Of a stretch of 64,000 nt of DNA, positions 31,620 through 46,060 are shown one piece after another. The notes beneath the pieces are model-generated. The model was not told the DNA's origin and did no database searches. It saw only the letters and a list, made by a program, of their open reading frames with translations. A program made the position numbers and the translations under genes. Position 1 is the stretch's first letter; every line of letters starts with the position of its first letter. This DNA is from the human T2T-CHM13v2.0 reference genome, Homo sapiens. The DNA lies in assembly GCF_009914755.1 (NCBI RefSeq), contig NC_060927.1; one strand, 5' to 3'.

Positions 31620-32344
31620 GAGTTCCAATTCCAAACTATGTTGTGTGTAATGAAGGATTGAGAAAATAAGTAAATATATTAATGTTCTTGGGAAACAAAG
31701 TTCATACTTTGAGATAAGGTTCATACAAGAGAATCATATGAGAAGAAGATCATAAGAATTATACAAATATGAAATAGTAGGAGAGAAAGAACCTGTGGTG
31801 ACTGATTGAAATTAGAGCTATTTCCTAACTCTGTCCACAAGGCTGAATAGAAGAATTAGGCTTATACTATTTATTTCTCCACAGTCTTCATTATATATTT
31901 TTCCTTTGCTATATATTTTTTTAGGCTTCCCTTGCTATATATTTTTTTAGGCTTCAAAGGAAATACTTTTGTCTTCTAGTATAATAGTAACATAAACAAA
32001 GTATTCCTTGAGTTTCATGATCTGAGGTCAGTGTAGCAACCAAGAAGAAAGGTGAGATTAGATGTCTGAGTAAAACTTCTGGAAATATCTTTCTGTCTTT
32101 ATTATTCAAGAATTTAATGGAGATGTGTGTGGGTGACACAGACAGTTCTGGAAGTGAGCCCAGAACTCAATGAGTTCTTTCAATTTTCAAGTTGGATTCT
32201 GACAGTTTTTGTTGTTTTTCTTTAAATTTGATTACCACATTGACTCTGTAGCTACATTTCCAGGCAGTCCATAATCCAATAAAAACGTCCTGCCTCAGGC
32301 TTTGATGGATCTAGGACTTGGAGCTTTTAGATAATAAATATCTG

Positions 32345-32795
32345 TGATATTTGTAATGGTGTGCCACTGTTCATCTCTTTCCAACTCGGCATTCACTGAA
32401 ATCACACTGGGAACTTCATCAGCTGTTGTGAGAATATTTACATCATGGAATTGAAAAACACTACACATCAGGGCCTGAGTCGTTGCTTTGTTGGTTATCT
32501 TGACTTAAAGTGATGGAGAATTTGCTAACAGGGCAGATTATTTAAAAGTGGGTCACATCTATAGCCATTACATTGTAAAAAGCACAAAAAATTGAGGAAA
32601 TATTCTTCCAGTATTTGAAAATTATTATCCAATTTAGTAAAGAAGGAATTATGTCATTGACAAATAAGGGTTCTGACATGTCTGCATTGCTTCACTTTCA
32701 TTTTACTTGTTAATGTAAACAAAAGTGTCAACTTACATTTATGTCAAAACTACACTCATTCCTCAATGGCAACCATAGTTTGCCTATGGCTTTAA

Positions 32796-32835
<40 letters not shown>

Positions 32836-33190
32836 TATCCAACACAAACTTTATTGTTAAATGAGTTATGTTTGTCTTGCACTAATAAACTTTTATTTCA
32901 CCCAAATTAGAGCAATAATCTTCCATACTTAAGTATCTTCCCTGCCCAATAATTCAAAGAAACAAAATCCAGAATGATTAGTATAGATATAATTGTGGCA
33001 AAAATCTTTGAAACATTCTTTGAGAATCAATCAGCTATTTAGAAACTACAATAGAGTATTATATATTTTGTTATTATTTGTAAATTATGTGTTATCCAAC
33101 CATTATATCAGTAAAATTTATAATAAACATAACACACATGGAAACTTTGTTTCAAAAATCTGGTTGCTCAATATTTAACAGCCATTACTG
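32345..33190. mobile_element. hAT-Tip100 DNA transposon relic (Arthur1-like)
   Basis: Recalled similarity of catctctttccaactcggcattcactga, gaatatttacatcatggaa and terminal ggttgctcaatatttaacagccattactg to Arthur1; needs a Dfam check. Confidence 0.5.
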
Positions 33191-36040
33191 GTAGGTGTCA
33201 TGCATGATATAGTGTGGTAGTAAAATATTGTGTGTTTCTATTTAAAAAAATATGATCTAGATTATACTGAAAATGAATGCTTGTCTTGAGACATACACAT
33301 GTGTGTTCAATTCAATGGTTACCTAATTGCATGATGAGGAAAGGTCTTTACACAAACACGGAAAGATCAAGTCTACTCTGGACTCTTCTGGAGAAGCCAC
33401 CTCCACCTCCCACTCAACCATAGTATTGGTGAAACGAAATTACTTCTATTTGGGAAAATGCATCAGTAGTAATTACTGTCCTGGCCAGTTGAGGGGTATG
33501 GAGACTGTCCCTATGGAGGTTTGAAGATAAAAGCTCTTGAAAGGTACCTGAGCATAGGGAGTAAGGCCAAAGACTGTGATGTGTCCATCAGGGGGCTCCC
33601 TCTGAGGGTAGAACTTCTTGGAGTACTTTTCCCTTGATGTATGGCCATGTCTTATTTTGGGGTGACTAGGTCAGGAGTTTCAGAAGCAAAATGAGGTGGA
33701 GTGGTGGGCATGAGGTACCTACAACTCACTGATTCAGGACAGAAGGGAAAGCAGCCCTTTCCCTCCTTTATACCTCAATGGTAGAAATGAGGAGGCTGAT
33801 GCTAGTTGGTAGAGAAGTTCAAAAGAGCACGATGCTAGGCTACGGCAGTTTGTAGAGAAACCAAAAGGGGGAATTTAGATGAAGTAGGGAAAGGGAAGTT
33901 CAGCCCAAAAATGCAGACATGGGCTGTTACATTAAGATGAGCTGTAGCTGTGAAGTAGAAGGAGAATCAAGGAACACGGCCACTTCTACAGCAGGCCACC
34001 CCCACCCCAGGCCCTGAGAAGACACGTGCTTCCCAGGAAGAAAGGATCAGAAGGCAGATACCCACAGGAAACAGAGAATTGTGAGAGGATACGCATTCTT
34101 CAAGTGAACAAGGCAAAAATAACTTGCAGAAAACAAAGTACTGCAGGAGCTAATGCCGTTCAACAATTTGCCCCTTCTAGAACTTTCTTTCCTTGGCTTT
34201 CAAGACCTGCCATCCTGATCCTCTGATAGCTCCTTCCCAGTCCACCCAGGCATGATAAGCAGACCTCGGTGGTAAGACACATTGTCGATAATTAAATAAA
34301 TCCTCGAAAGTAATCCAGAAATGCCTCTGACTTTATTTCTTATACAATAATTATGTGAGGAAAAAGGGAAACTTTTTGCTGAGTTCTGGAACCCCAAACT
34401 CAGGGGAGAGTGGGAGAGGAGGAGTGCTGATTTTAGTTGTGGTTTGGGATGAGATGTAAAGGCCCTGGGGAGAAACAGTCACCAAGTCTGGCTGAGGGCG
34501 CTTGTCCTCCCGTCTTCCGCATGCGGGGGTCCAGAGCAGTTTTGGATCAGATGATGAGCGCCATCTGCAGGTAGCAAGCTGGAGGCAGGAGAAAATATCT
34601 GTGTACTGTTTAGGATTATTACAGAGCCGAAATAAAAGCCAGGTAAACCATTTGGCCCATCTCTGGTTCTCTTCATTCTGAAATTCAGCCCGATCCTGTA
34701 ACCCCACAACCTACTGCCTGGCTCCTTCTTCCCCTTCACGGTCACATTTCTGCAAAGAGCGTGTTACGCTCTCTGCTTCCACTTCCTTCCCTCCCTTTCA
34801 GTCTTCAGTAGCTGCCATCTCCCTCTCCTCCCTCCTCACCAGGAGACTATGCTTGCCGCTCCTCAGCAGTCCAGCAGACACTTCTCTGACCTGAGGTATC
34901 GGTAGCACTGGAATGATAATCCCCCCGCCCCCCTCGACTTGCAACACTGCTTTATTTGGGGTCAAGGAAACACACAGCCCCAGCTTCTCTCCCATCACTC
35001 GGCCTCCCCTCTTGCAGATGCCACTATTATCCAGCCACTTGCACGGGCCATCCATGGCTGACCATGGAGTCATCCTTGAGCTTCTCCTTCTCTCAAGGCT
35101 CACATTCTTCAGCAAGTCCTGCTTTCACTATTAATTGAGAATCCTCGTTTTCTCAGTTCTTCTCTGCCAGCACCCCAGTCTCAGCCACCCTTGTCTCTCA
35201 CTTAGGACACTATGGTAGCCACTTGGCTGATCTCTCTGCCTCCACTCTAGCCACCACGCAGCAGCCGGAGTGATCCTGTACATGTGAATCACACCGTGGA
35301 ACCCCACTTCCTAACCCTCCAAGGCTATCCCCTGATATCCTGGGGTTATCAGGTTACATGTCACCGCCCTATAAACCCTCCCTGAGCCGCCACAGCTGGA
35401 CTAGGAGCCACTCCTCATCTGTTCCAGGAACACAAGTATATTCTTTCCCAGAGCACCTATTGCCCACTGTGTTCACCATAGCTCCGTGAGCTCAGCGAGG
35501 GTTCAGTGAGTGAGTGCATGGCGCCTAGTAAATATTCCACAAAAAAAACTGTGAGTGTAATTGTTTCCCCCACATTTCTAGACATGTAGTATTAACAGAT
35601 CAAGGAACAGAAAGCAAAACAGGGAAAGCAACGTAAAATTCTGATAATCACAATGATTGCTGAAAAAGTCCCCAAATAGGCAGCAAACATTCTAAAGGGG
35701 CCACAGTTTGTGAGTCATTTTATTCTTTTGTAAAGGGTCGGCTTGCGGCAAAAATTAAATGATCTTTGCGTTTGGGCAAGGTCTGGTGCCCCAAAGCTGC
35801 CGACTTGATCTGCGGTTGGGGCGAGCGGCAGGTAGGGGGCCCGGAGTTAGGAGGGGGTGTGGGAGCCCGTGGAGCACAGGTGAACTGAGGCCGCCTTCCC
35901 GGGGCGCCGCTGGCCAGCCCCAAAGGGTTACTTTGGCCTTGGCTGTGGGCCGAATGCGAAGGTGGGGAGGTGGGCGGGGGATGACTCTGCCATTCCTGGG
36001 TCCGCTGTGTTAGGCTGAAGGCAAAAGGAAACCAAGGCCT

Positions 36041-36069
36041 GGGAGTTTTCCAGGAAACGAAAGCGAAAG
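36041..36069 (+). promoter_or_regulatory. Overlapping kB-like / GAS / ISRE element
   Basis: GGGAGTTTTCC (36041-36051), TTCCAGGAA GAS (36048-36056), GAAACGAAAGCGAAA ISRE/IRF-E (36054-36068); PARP14 is an established interferon-stimulated gene. Confidence 0.8.
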
Positions 36070-36132
36070 AGTCAAAGTTAGCGGCCCGGAGTTGGCGCGG
36101 CCCCTGCAGTCCGGCGGAGAGCGGAGCTGAGG

Positions 36133-36319
36133 ATGGCTGTGCCCGGCTCCTTCCCGCTGCTGGTCGAGGGCTCCTGGGGCCCCGACCCCCCGAAGAACTT
36201 GAACACCAAGTTGCAGATGTACTTCCAGAGCCCGAAGAGGTCGGGAGGCGGCGAGTGTGAGGTCCGCCAGGATCCCAGGAGCCCATCCCGCTTCCTGGTG
36301 TTCTTCTACCCGGAGGACG
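36133..36319 (+). CDS. PARP14: PARP14 coding exon 1 (RRM1 N-terminal part)
   Basis: [42 protein letters not shown]...; good Kozak AGGATGG; donor ACG|GTGAGG; 187 nt, phase 1. Confidence 0.96.
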
Positions 36320-37574
36320 GTGAGGGGCGCGAGGGGTGGGGTGAGGAGGGGGCACCTCTGCCCTCCCTCCAGGGAAATGGCGGCAGGGCACGCACGGGAG
36401 GGTGACCCGCCCGACTTCGGCGGCTGCTGTAGCGGAGGTGGCCGGGGCGGGGGCGGGGGCGGGGGCGGCAGAATGGATTCCGAGCGCACCCGGGGCGCTG
36501 CGGTTCCCCGGCGCCCTGCGCTTCCAGGCGCTTAATGGCGCGGCCCGGAGGTGGCGGCGGAACCGCGCAAGTAACTCTTTATCCCTCGATCGTTTTCTGT
36601 CTTTCCCTGTTGTGGTGGTGTTATTGTTTGTTGTTGTTGTTGTGGAAGTGAGTCTATCCTCTTATCATCCTTTTCTGTCTTTTCCTGTTGTTATTATTCT
36701 TGTGTGGGGAAGGAAACTGATTAAGAAACGTGGCAAGTCACAGAGATTCCTTGTGGTTCTTGGAGATTCCCAGGGGTCCCGGGGTCACTTGGGAGAGGGG
36801 CAGAGGCGCTACCTAAAATCACACTGCCTGAATGTCAACGTAGAGCCGTCACAGCGGCCACATTGGAGGGGCTGTCGATCGACCACAGGTGCCCATTGTC
36901 GAGGGCCTGCCGGGGCCTCTTCTCCGAGTCTCTAGTGGCCCTCAGATTGGGAGCAAGGATGATATTCTGAAGTGATTGTGGGTTGGGAGATTTGAGCTTT
37001 GGAGGGAAAGTCGGCAAAGTTCCCTCCTTACAGACCCACCACTACTTGGTGGGCCAAGAGCCCAGAGGTGATCTGCTGGCTCAAGGGCCTCCCTGGTCTG
37101 CAATGGGAAGCCAGTGACCTGCAGCTCCCAGAATGGGCACCTTTTCCACTGGCATCTTATGGATGATGACCTATCGGGATCTAGTCAACCCCTAATTCCG
37201 CTTTCATGTCGCTAGATTTGGAGAAGCATTCGGGCCAGAGGAGAGGCAAGGAGGCTGAGGCTGAGGCCATGCAATTAGAGTGCCCAAGCAGGGATCCAAA
37301 AAGGAAAAATGAAACAGAAAAAGAATGGCGCACAGAAGGAAGGAAGGAGGGGGACAGGAGATATGCTTGGCTCATGGCCCTTATGAAAACAAAATACCAT
37401 GTTTTCCTAGGATTAATTTTACCAAGGAGTGCTCAGAAGGGCAACTGTGTGATATTAGTCATTTCTCTTTTGGGTGTCACTTTTCCTTGAGGGTTTTCCC
37501 CACTTTGACTTCAGAGGTCAGCATCACCATCGATCTGGCCCTTAAGGATGCTTCTTTCTCCTTTAGATTCCATT

Positions 37575-37745
37575 ATCCTTAGAAGTAGGTCTGACCTGCA
37601 TCTGAATCACCTGGAGAGCAGGTTAACCAGGCACCTTCCCAGCTCTGTTTTAGAGATTCAGGTTCAGTGAATGTGGGGTGGGTGGGAAGCGTGTATTTAA
37701 CCGGCAGCCCAGGTGACCCTAATGTGTTCAAGTTTCAGAATTTCC
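37575..37745. mobile_element. MER5-like DNA transposon relic
   Basis: tgcatctgaatcacctggagagc...cagttcagtg-like...ccaggtgaccctaatgtg resembles MER5A. Confidence 0.55.
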
Positions 37746-38006
37746 GTAGTTAATGTTAACCCCAAATGAACAAAAAGAAATAATTATACAAATTTAAACA
37801 GCATGAAAATACAAATAGCACAAAGTATAATTTTGTGATGATAAAATAACTCAATTCTAGCCCTCCAAGCAGAAAAGATTTCAGTCTTCCTGCTGGGCTT
37901 CCATCCTTGACCGGCCCCAGCCCACTACTCCTCTTCCTCCACCCCCAGGCTGCTCCAGTGGCCCCTCTTGTCTTACCCCCCAGCACAGATGACCCAAAAC
38001 TTATTA

Positions 38007-38360
<354 letters not shown>

Positions 38361-40433
38361 CTAGTATGGTCTAAGTTCTTGGGGGTGGAAAATCCCTAGT
38401 CAGTTTCAGTTTCCTACTTGAGGAACCACTTTCTCAGTAACAAGGGTCAGGAATTTGCTAACAATGAATGACCTACGCTTGAAGTCCCAGAAGTGCATTC
38501 TTCTTCTGCAGAGGACACTCTCCACCCTCCATGCCAGGAAGTGGCCTCAACAGGTGCGGGCCCATAGCATAACCTGATTTGATTCATATAAACTGTAATA
38601 GGCAGATAACAAGAATGAGCCCACCAGCACTTCTCCGTATTTATTCATGTATAGCAAATAGAAACAAATGGGAAGCTGTATCTCACTTTTATATAGTTCA
38701 CTGGATTTCTGAAAAGTTGGTGTAAATTGACATAACATTTTAAGCCCTGTTTCAGATGTGTCTATTTTATCATACTTTACCAACATAGTTTGGTTCCTGG
38801 TTGTTGTCGGGTTCCTTGTGGTAAGAACCCATCTTCTCCTTAAATAAAATTAAATGTTGATGATCTAAAGTTGGTGCAGGTGGAAGACTGTCCACTTGGG
38901 TAAGGGAGGTTGGACATCAGAGTTTCAGCTTTTTCCTCCCAGATTGACTTTCTCCTTTTTGGAGATCATATACCCATATTATTACCAACTGTTCTCCTGA
39001 AATACTTGTGCCCATAAATATTGCCCACAATCTGAGAACAGACTGGCACATTTAGATGCCTAGACAGGACTTTATCAAAGTCTAGGGAATAAGAAAAGGA
39101 CTGTAACACAGAGGTCCATGACTCTAAATAACTTGACTTACAAAATTTAGCTTGTTGTCAGGCTGCAGGGGTCCTATCCAGTCCTCAATCCCCACCTTGG
39201 TTTAGTAAAGCCCTTCAGGAGTTTGTGTGGAAACATCTGCCCTCCTCATAAAGAGTGAGATTAGAAGCTGGCGTTCCTTCTCAGGTTGTTTCTGAGGCCT
39301 ATTTCTGAGTTGGCATCCAATTAAGACCCCACTTCCTCCACCCTCTTCACAGAGGGTTGAGGTGGGAAAGCTATCATGCTCCTATTCATGAAAGATTCTG
39401 ATCTATATCCTTGGCCTCATCAGGCCAGCCATATCAGAACACAGCATAGTGACCCAACATTCATGCTAGAGCTACACCTGTGACCTGTAGGGCACTCTCA
39501 AAAACTCCTTTTTTCCCTGACCTCTTTGTACTATCTGACTATGTTGATCATGCCTCCTCCTTGAAACTCACTTCTTCCCGTTCTTCATGGACTGAGATAT
39601 GCTGATTTTCTTCATATCTCTCTGGCTGCTCCTTTTTATAATCGTAACTCACATCTGCGTAGTTCTTGAGGATGTTACAGTGTGCATTCATGGACACCAC
39701 TTTAAGTGAGGAAACTGAGAGTTGAGAGAAGTTAAGGTATTCACTCAGCTATTTGTGGTAGAGTTGGAATTCAAATCCAGATCTTTGGACTCTATGTCCA
39801 CTGTTCAGTTGTTTCACTACAGCCAAGCTGCCTGATATGCTAATCTATTAATTTGTTCATTTTTTTTTTTGCAAAAATCTCCCCCTTCTTTTATACTCCT
39901 TTTACTATCAGATGTGAGACCTGTTTCTAACTAGGCTCCTGCTTACAGCCACCTAGCCACCTTCCTAAAACGTGACTTTCATCATGGCATGTCCCAGTAC
40001 CCAATCTTCACTGGCTCCCATTGAAGGATGCTTTAATTTAATTCACTTCAATATAGAATAAATATTGCTACCTTTTGAGTACCTCCTGAGTGTCAGGTCC
40101 TGTACCAAGTTCTTTATAATGTTTCTTCAATTTAATACACGTGGCACTCATACAAAACAGTCTCCATTAACCTTACAAATAGACAAGAAAACTGAGGCCT
40201 TATAAGTATGGCTTATTAGGGAACATGCTCAATATTAAAAAGTCAGTTTAAGGAAGAAATTCAAATCCATGTTTGCTTGCTAAACTTTTCCTCTTTTACT
40301 TCACATATAGCCTCTCTTGAGAAACCGACCAAGCCATTGATTGATGGTAATGCAGCCCACGGAAATCATAGAATAATTTTGTAAATAAAGATTGCTTGTC
40401 ATTTGTCTTTTTTCCCCCCTTTGGACATTTCAG

Positions 40434-40567
40434 TTCGGCAGAAGGTTCTGGAGAGAAAAAATCATGAGTTGGTATGGCAAGGAAAAGGAACATTCAAGTT
40501 AACTGTCCAGTTACCTGCAACCCCAGATGAAATCGATCATGTCTTTGAAGAGGAACTTCTAACAAAA
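40434..40567 (+). CDS. PARP14: PARP14 coding exon 2
   Basis: Acceptor tttcag; (V)[27 protein letters not shown]...EEELLTK; 134 nt. The frame to exon 3 requires the non-canonical donor AAA|GCAAGT. Confidence 0.9.
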
Positions 40568-40759
40568 GCAAGTAAACTTTAGGCATGAATAAAAGGGATT
40601 TAGGTCTCCCAAGGTGTGTGAGATGGGAATCACCATGAAGAAAATATAGTGGAAAGAAAAGCATGAAGCAAACTGCAGCGAGAAAAGCAGATTACAAATG
40701 TAGGGGGAGTGAGGGCAGTGGTAGGGTAGGGTAGTATGGGATAAAGTAGGAGGGGGTAC

Positions 40760-41056
40760 TTTTTTTTTTTTTTTTTGAGACGGAGTCTCGCTCTGTCAAC
40801 CAGGCTGGAGTACAGTGGTATAATCTTGGCTCACTGCAACCTCTGCCTCCTGGGTTCAAGTGATTCTTCTGCCTTAGCCTCCTGAGTAGCTGTGACTACA
40901 GGCATATGCCACTATGCCCAGATAATTTTTATATTTTTAGTAGAGACGGGGTTTCACCATATTGGCCAGGCTGGTATCAAACTCCTGACCTCATGATCGG
41001 CCCACCTAGGCCTCCCAAAGTGCTGGGATTACAGTCATGAGCCACCGCACCCTGCT
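40760..41056 (-). mobile_element. Alu (AluS-type)
   Basis: Reverse Alu; TSD gggggtactttt. Confidence 0.93.
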
Positions 41057-41399
41057 GGGGGTACTTTTTATGTGATTTTAGACACATTTGGAAAAGCCAA
41101 GATTTGGGGATTATAATAATGGTGGTTTTGGATGTAAAATTTGGGGTCTGTGTCTCCAGAGTTCTTTATAACCTGTAACCTGTTATATTTGTTTTATTTT
41201 CTATGTCATTTTGAGGAGACAGCAATCCATACTACCTGTATTAAGTATTACCCCAATTGTAAAATGGAATAGTAACATTAATGATCCAACAACAGATTGC
41301 AGGATTATTGTGAGGGTTGAACAAGATGATCTGTATAAAGCACATGACACAGTTCTTGTTATATATAATAAACACTCAGTAAATGTTTTATTTGTATTT

Positions 41400-42019
<620 letters not shown>

Positions 42020-42328
42020 TAAATATTAAACAAGGGAAAAATTATGAGCTAAGATGTTTCTCTGATGTAGGATGTACCTCATATTCCCAAATGCTTGGTG
42101 TTAATTGAGGTTTCTGTTATTTGTGTCTCATCTTCATTGGTGATTTTTGTGACTTGCAAGTGAATATGCCACTATATATGGCCCCAGATGTATTCAAGAG
42201 CACCCTTATCAGACCTTTTCATTATTGTTTCTATTTACCCTCCATCTCCAGGCTGGTCCCAGGGACATTTTCTTATGTAAATAAATTGTTAATCATGTAT
42301 TAATGCTACTTTATTGTTTGTGTTTCAG

Positions 42329-42362
42329 GAATCCAAGACCAAAGAAGATGTTAAAGAACCAG
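42329..42362 (+). CDS. PARP14: PARP14 coding exon 3 (34-nt micro-exon)
   Basis: tgtttcag|GAA TCC AAG ACC AAA GAA GAT GTT AAA GAA CCA G|gtaaaa = ESKTKEDVKEP. Confidence 0.9.
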
Positions 42363-44564
42363 GTAAAATCTCAGTTGAGATGACTCTGACATTCACCAAG
42401 CTGTTTTGCATTTATTAAAGGCAGCACTTGAGGGAGTCAGCCCTCTCTTCTTGACTTCCACTATGCAGGATGTGCTCCGCTGGGAGCTGCCTTGGACTGC
42501 ATCATCTTCATATTCTGAGCCAGCTGTGCAGAGGGTGGCTTTTAGCGCTCAGGTCATAATGATTGGAACTGCTCTCTCTGGGGACTGGAAGACACCTTGC
42601 AATAGAGGGGAGGGCAAAGAAGTGCCAGAGAGCTGGGGATGAGCTGATCTTTACTTTCCACTTGTGCTGAGCCAGCCATAGAGAAGCAAGGACACGATAT
42701 GTCCAAGGGAGTCACATGTGGCTTAGTTGATGAGCACTGCTTCCTGAGCACTGGGTGTGAGGGTGCTGTGCTCTGGAGCCAAAACAGGAAGTTGTGACTT
42801 CTCTGTGAACATAGGCTTTTGAGCATTGGTGCAGGATTGGATTGGAGGATTGCAGTCCTCCCAAAGACAGCAGCTCTTCTGATCTCATCTGCTCTAGGAA
42901 ACAGCCAGCGACCAATTAGCTGTTGTGGACTCCAATGCTCAACTAGCGTCTGGGCATTGAGCTGCCATGCCACTTGACATTCACTAAAGAAGCAACTAGT
43001 TTTCATAGCTAAGCATGCTATTATAAAGGGTAGGAAGTGAACTACACTGAATGAACCGAGCTAGAGAGATAAAGTGGTACATATACCTAAACCTTAAGGA
43101 AAATGAACAATGTATAATCATTGTCCTGTAATATTGAAATTATCTTGAGAACATGTAGTTTTCTGCAACTTTCTCTTTTGGAAAATGGCACTAGAGTGAG
43201 AGCTGCCTATATTTGGCAAAAAGATTGGATAGAGATATATGGCTTATTTTTGTCTAATATCGATGTCCTGTTAAAACTGTAGAATTTAGTATGCATGGCT
43301 TTCTTAGGCAGCTCAGGAGTTTTATGAAATAGGATTTTTTTTTTTGTCTCTTTAGAGTAATTCCTGCTTTCCATTCCTCACTTGTCGAACTGGCTCCCCC
43401 AGCTCCCAGTGTTTGTCGTTGGGATCTCCTAAATCCTTATCTTCTTCTTGGAAGATGCCAAAGCGCTATACCGTCAAGCTCAACTTCAGACTAGGAAGTG
43501 GTTTTATATGTGCATATTTATTCTTGCTCTATAGCCCTAGATCTAAAATTTAATCACATCTGTGTTTCTTATGACTTCATAGATTTTTACCTTAACTCTG
43601 TCTTAACTGACATGTTAGTACTGTTTTAAATTTGCTTAAAACTCCCAAATGTATTCCCAGCGAAAGCCCCAGTCCCCTTCCACCAATAGACTTTTCATTG
43701 TCCTGGGAATTTTAGGCCCATTTTCTAACCTGTTTTTACCCGACCTGGACTCTAAGGATAGTAGCCAGCTAGGAATTTGGGTTGTCTACACCAGATACTT
43801 AAGTTGGCTCCTTTAAAGGAAGCAGAGGTTCTTTGCTGAATGGTTACCCCACACTGATCCCTGACTATGGCCCTAAGGCTGGGACTCTTGAAATTAATTG
43901 GAATGGGGTAGACAGTTTCAGAACTGAGCAAAGTGTGGGTGGAGAATAGGTACTGACTGGATTCTGTTTCTCAGGGATGGGGAACGTACTCTCCGGACAA
44001 TGAACCACAACCAACGCCACCAACCAATACTCATAATTAATAATTACAACAGCCCTGGTGCAGAAGACATTGCACCATGAATGCACTAAGCATGCCCGAA
44101 ACCTCATGCAAAAAGTTTAAAACTGAGGCGTCTGCAGGAGCTGACAGGGCAGGGAAAGGCACACACACCAAGATCAGGTGAAGTCAGCACTGAGCTAATG
44201 TCCTGTTCCAGGATAAGCTTAGTTGGGCTGGGTCTGAAAGGTGGAAACCAGCACTTGGAAGGTCCTGGAGAAGAGACAAGGGCAAGAGCAGAGAAATACT
44301 GCTTACCTGTGGTCGGAAATTCTGGTGTTTTCAAATCCATATCCCCAGCCTGGACTCCTCTCTCAATTCCAGAACTTCTGTCTGACCTTCCTGTTGGGAA
44401 GTATATTAGAGCCAACATGCCTGAAGCCACATGTGTCATCTTCCTCCCCAAGCAAGGGCCCTTTCTGGCTTCCTCATTTCTCTTGAAGTACACAATCAGT
44501 CTGCTCGTCACCTACTAGACATTTCACGCATCACTCCTTTCACATCTGCTGATCATAGAGACCT

Positions 44565-44981
<417 letters not shown>

Positions 44982-45746
44982 TAAACCTGACCAGCCCTTT
45001 GCACTATTGCTAAATAGCCTGCCATCCTTTTCATGGAAACCTTCCATGACTCACCCTTACCACAAGCTGGGAGATAAAGTCCAGACCACCTTCTGGATCT
45101 AGTCTGCTTTTCTGGCCTCATTTTCTTCATTCTGCACAATTGTGCGCCTTTTGAGCCACATCAGTCAAATCACTGTTTTCTAAATTGTCTGATGCAGTTG
45201 CAGCACTCTGCCTGTGCTTCTGTTGCTCACCATTCCCTCTAGCCCACTTTTCTCTACCCAATTCCACATACCCTTCAAGACCTGCTGAACTTCCTCCTCT
45301 TCTCTCAAGTCTTTCCATGCCAGCCCAGCCCTTTTATCTCTTTCTGGGACTCTTGGCCTGATTGTTAATGCTCTTTTTTGGTCAATTAAGCCTTTCTTGT
45401 GGTGAAGCGTCTAATATTGATGGGATTATAAAACTATATTGCTGGAAAGATTCTTTCAGTCCAGTTCACTTAGTCCTATACCCTCATTTTATGATTAAGA
45501 GACATGCCCAAGGTCACATGGCTAAAGAGTGGCAGCAGGGATTAAACACATATAGCCTCCTCCCTAGCCCAGCAGTCATTGTGATTTGTCATACCTGTCT
45601 CACTTAGTGCTAATTTATGTAGTTGCTTTATGCTTAAGCTATTTTTTTTTTAATTTAGCATGAGTGTGTGTGCATGGCATGATAGCCAGCACACAACAGA
45701 GTGGTCTAACTGTTGTAACAAACAACCTCCCAAATCAGTAACCTAA

Positions 45747-46060
<314 letters not shown>

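Larger units (their letters stand above)
35740..36600. promoter_or_regulatory. PARP14: CpG island / PARP14 promoter and exon 1 region
   Basis: Sharp rise in GC and CpG density spanning the ATG at 36133; GC boxes in proximal intron 1. Confidence 0.9.

Noticed and set aside
35720-36935. Long Pro/Gly/Arg-rich ORFs on both strands around exon 1
   Set aside because: Expected from stop-codon scarcity in a CpG island; only 36133-36319 splices into the PARP14 frame.
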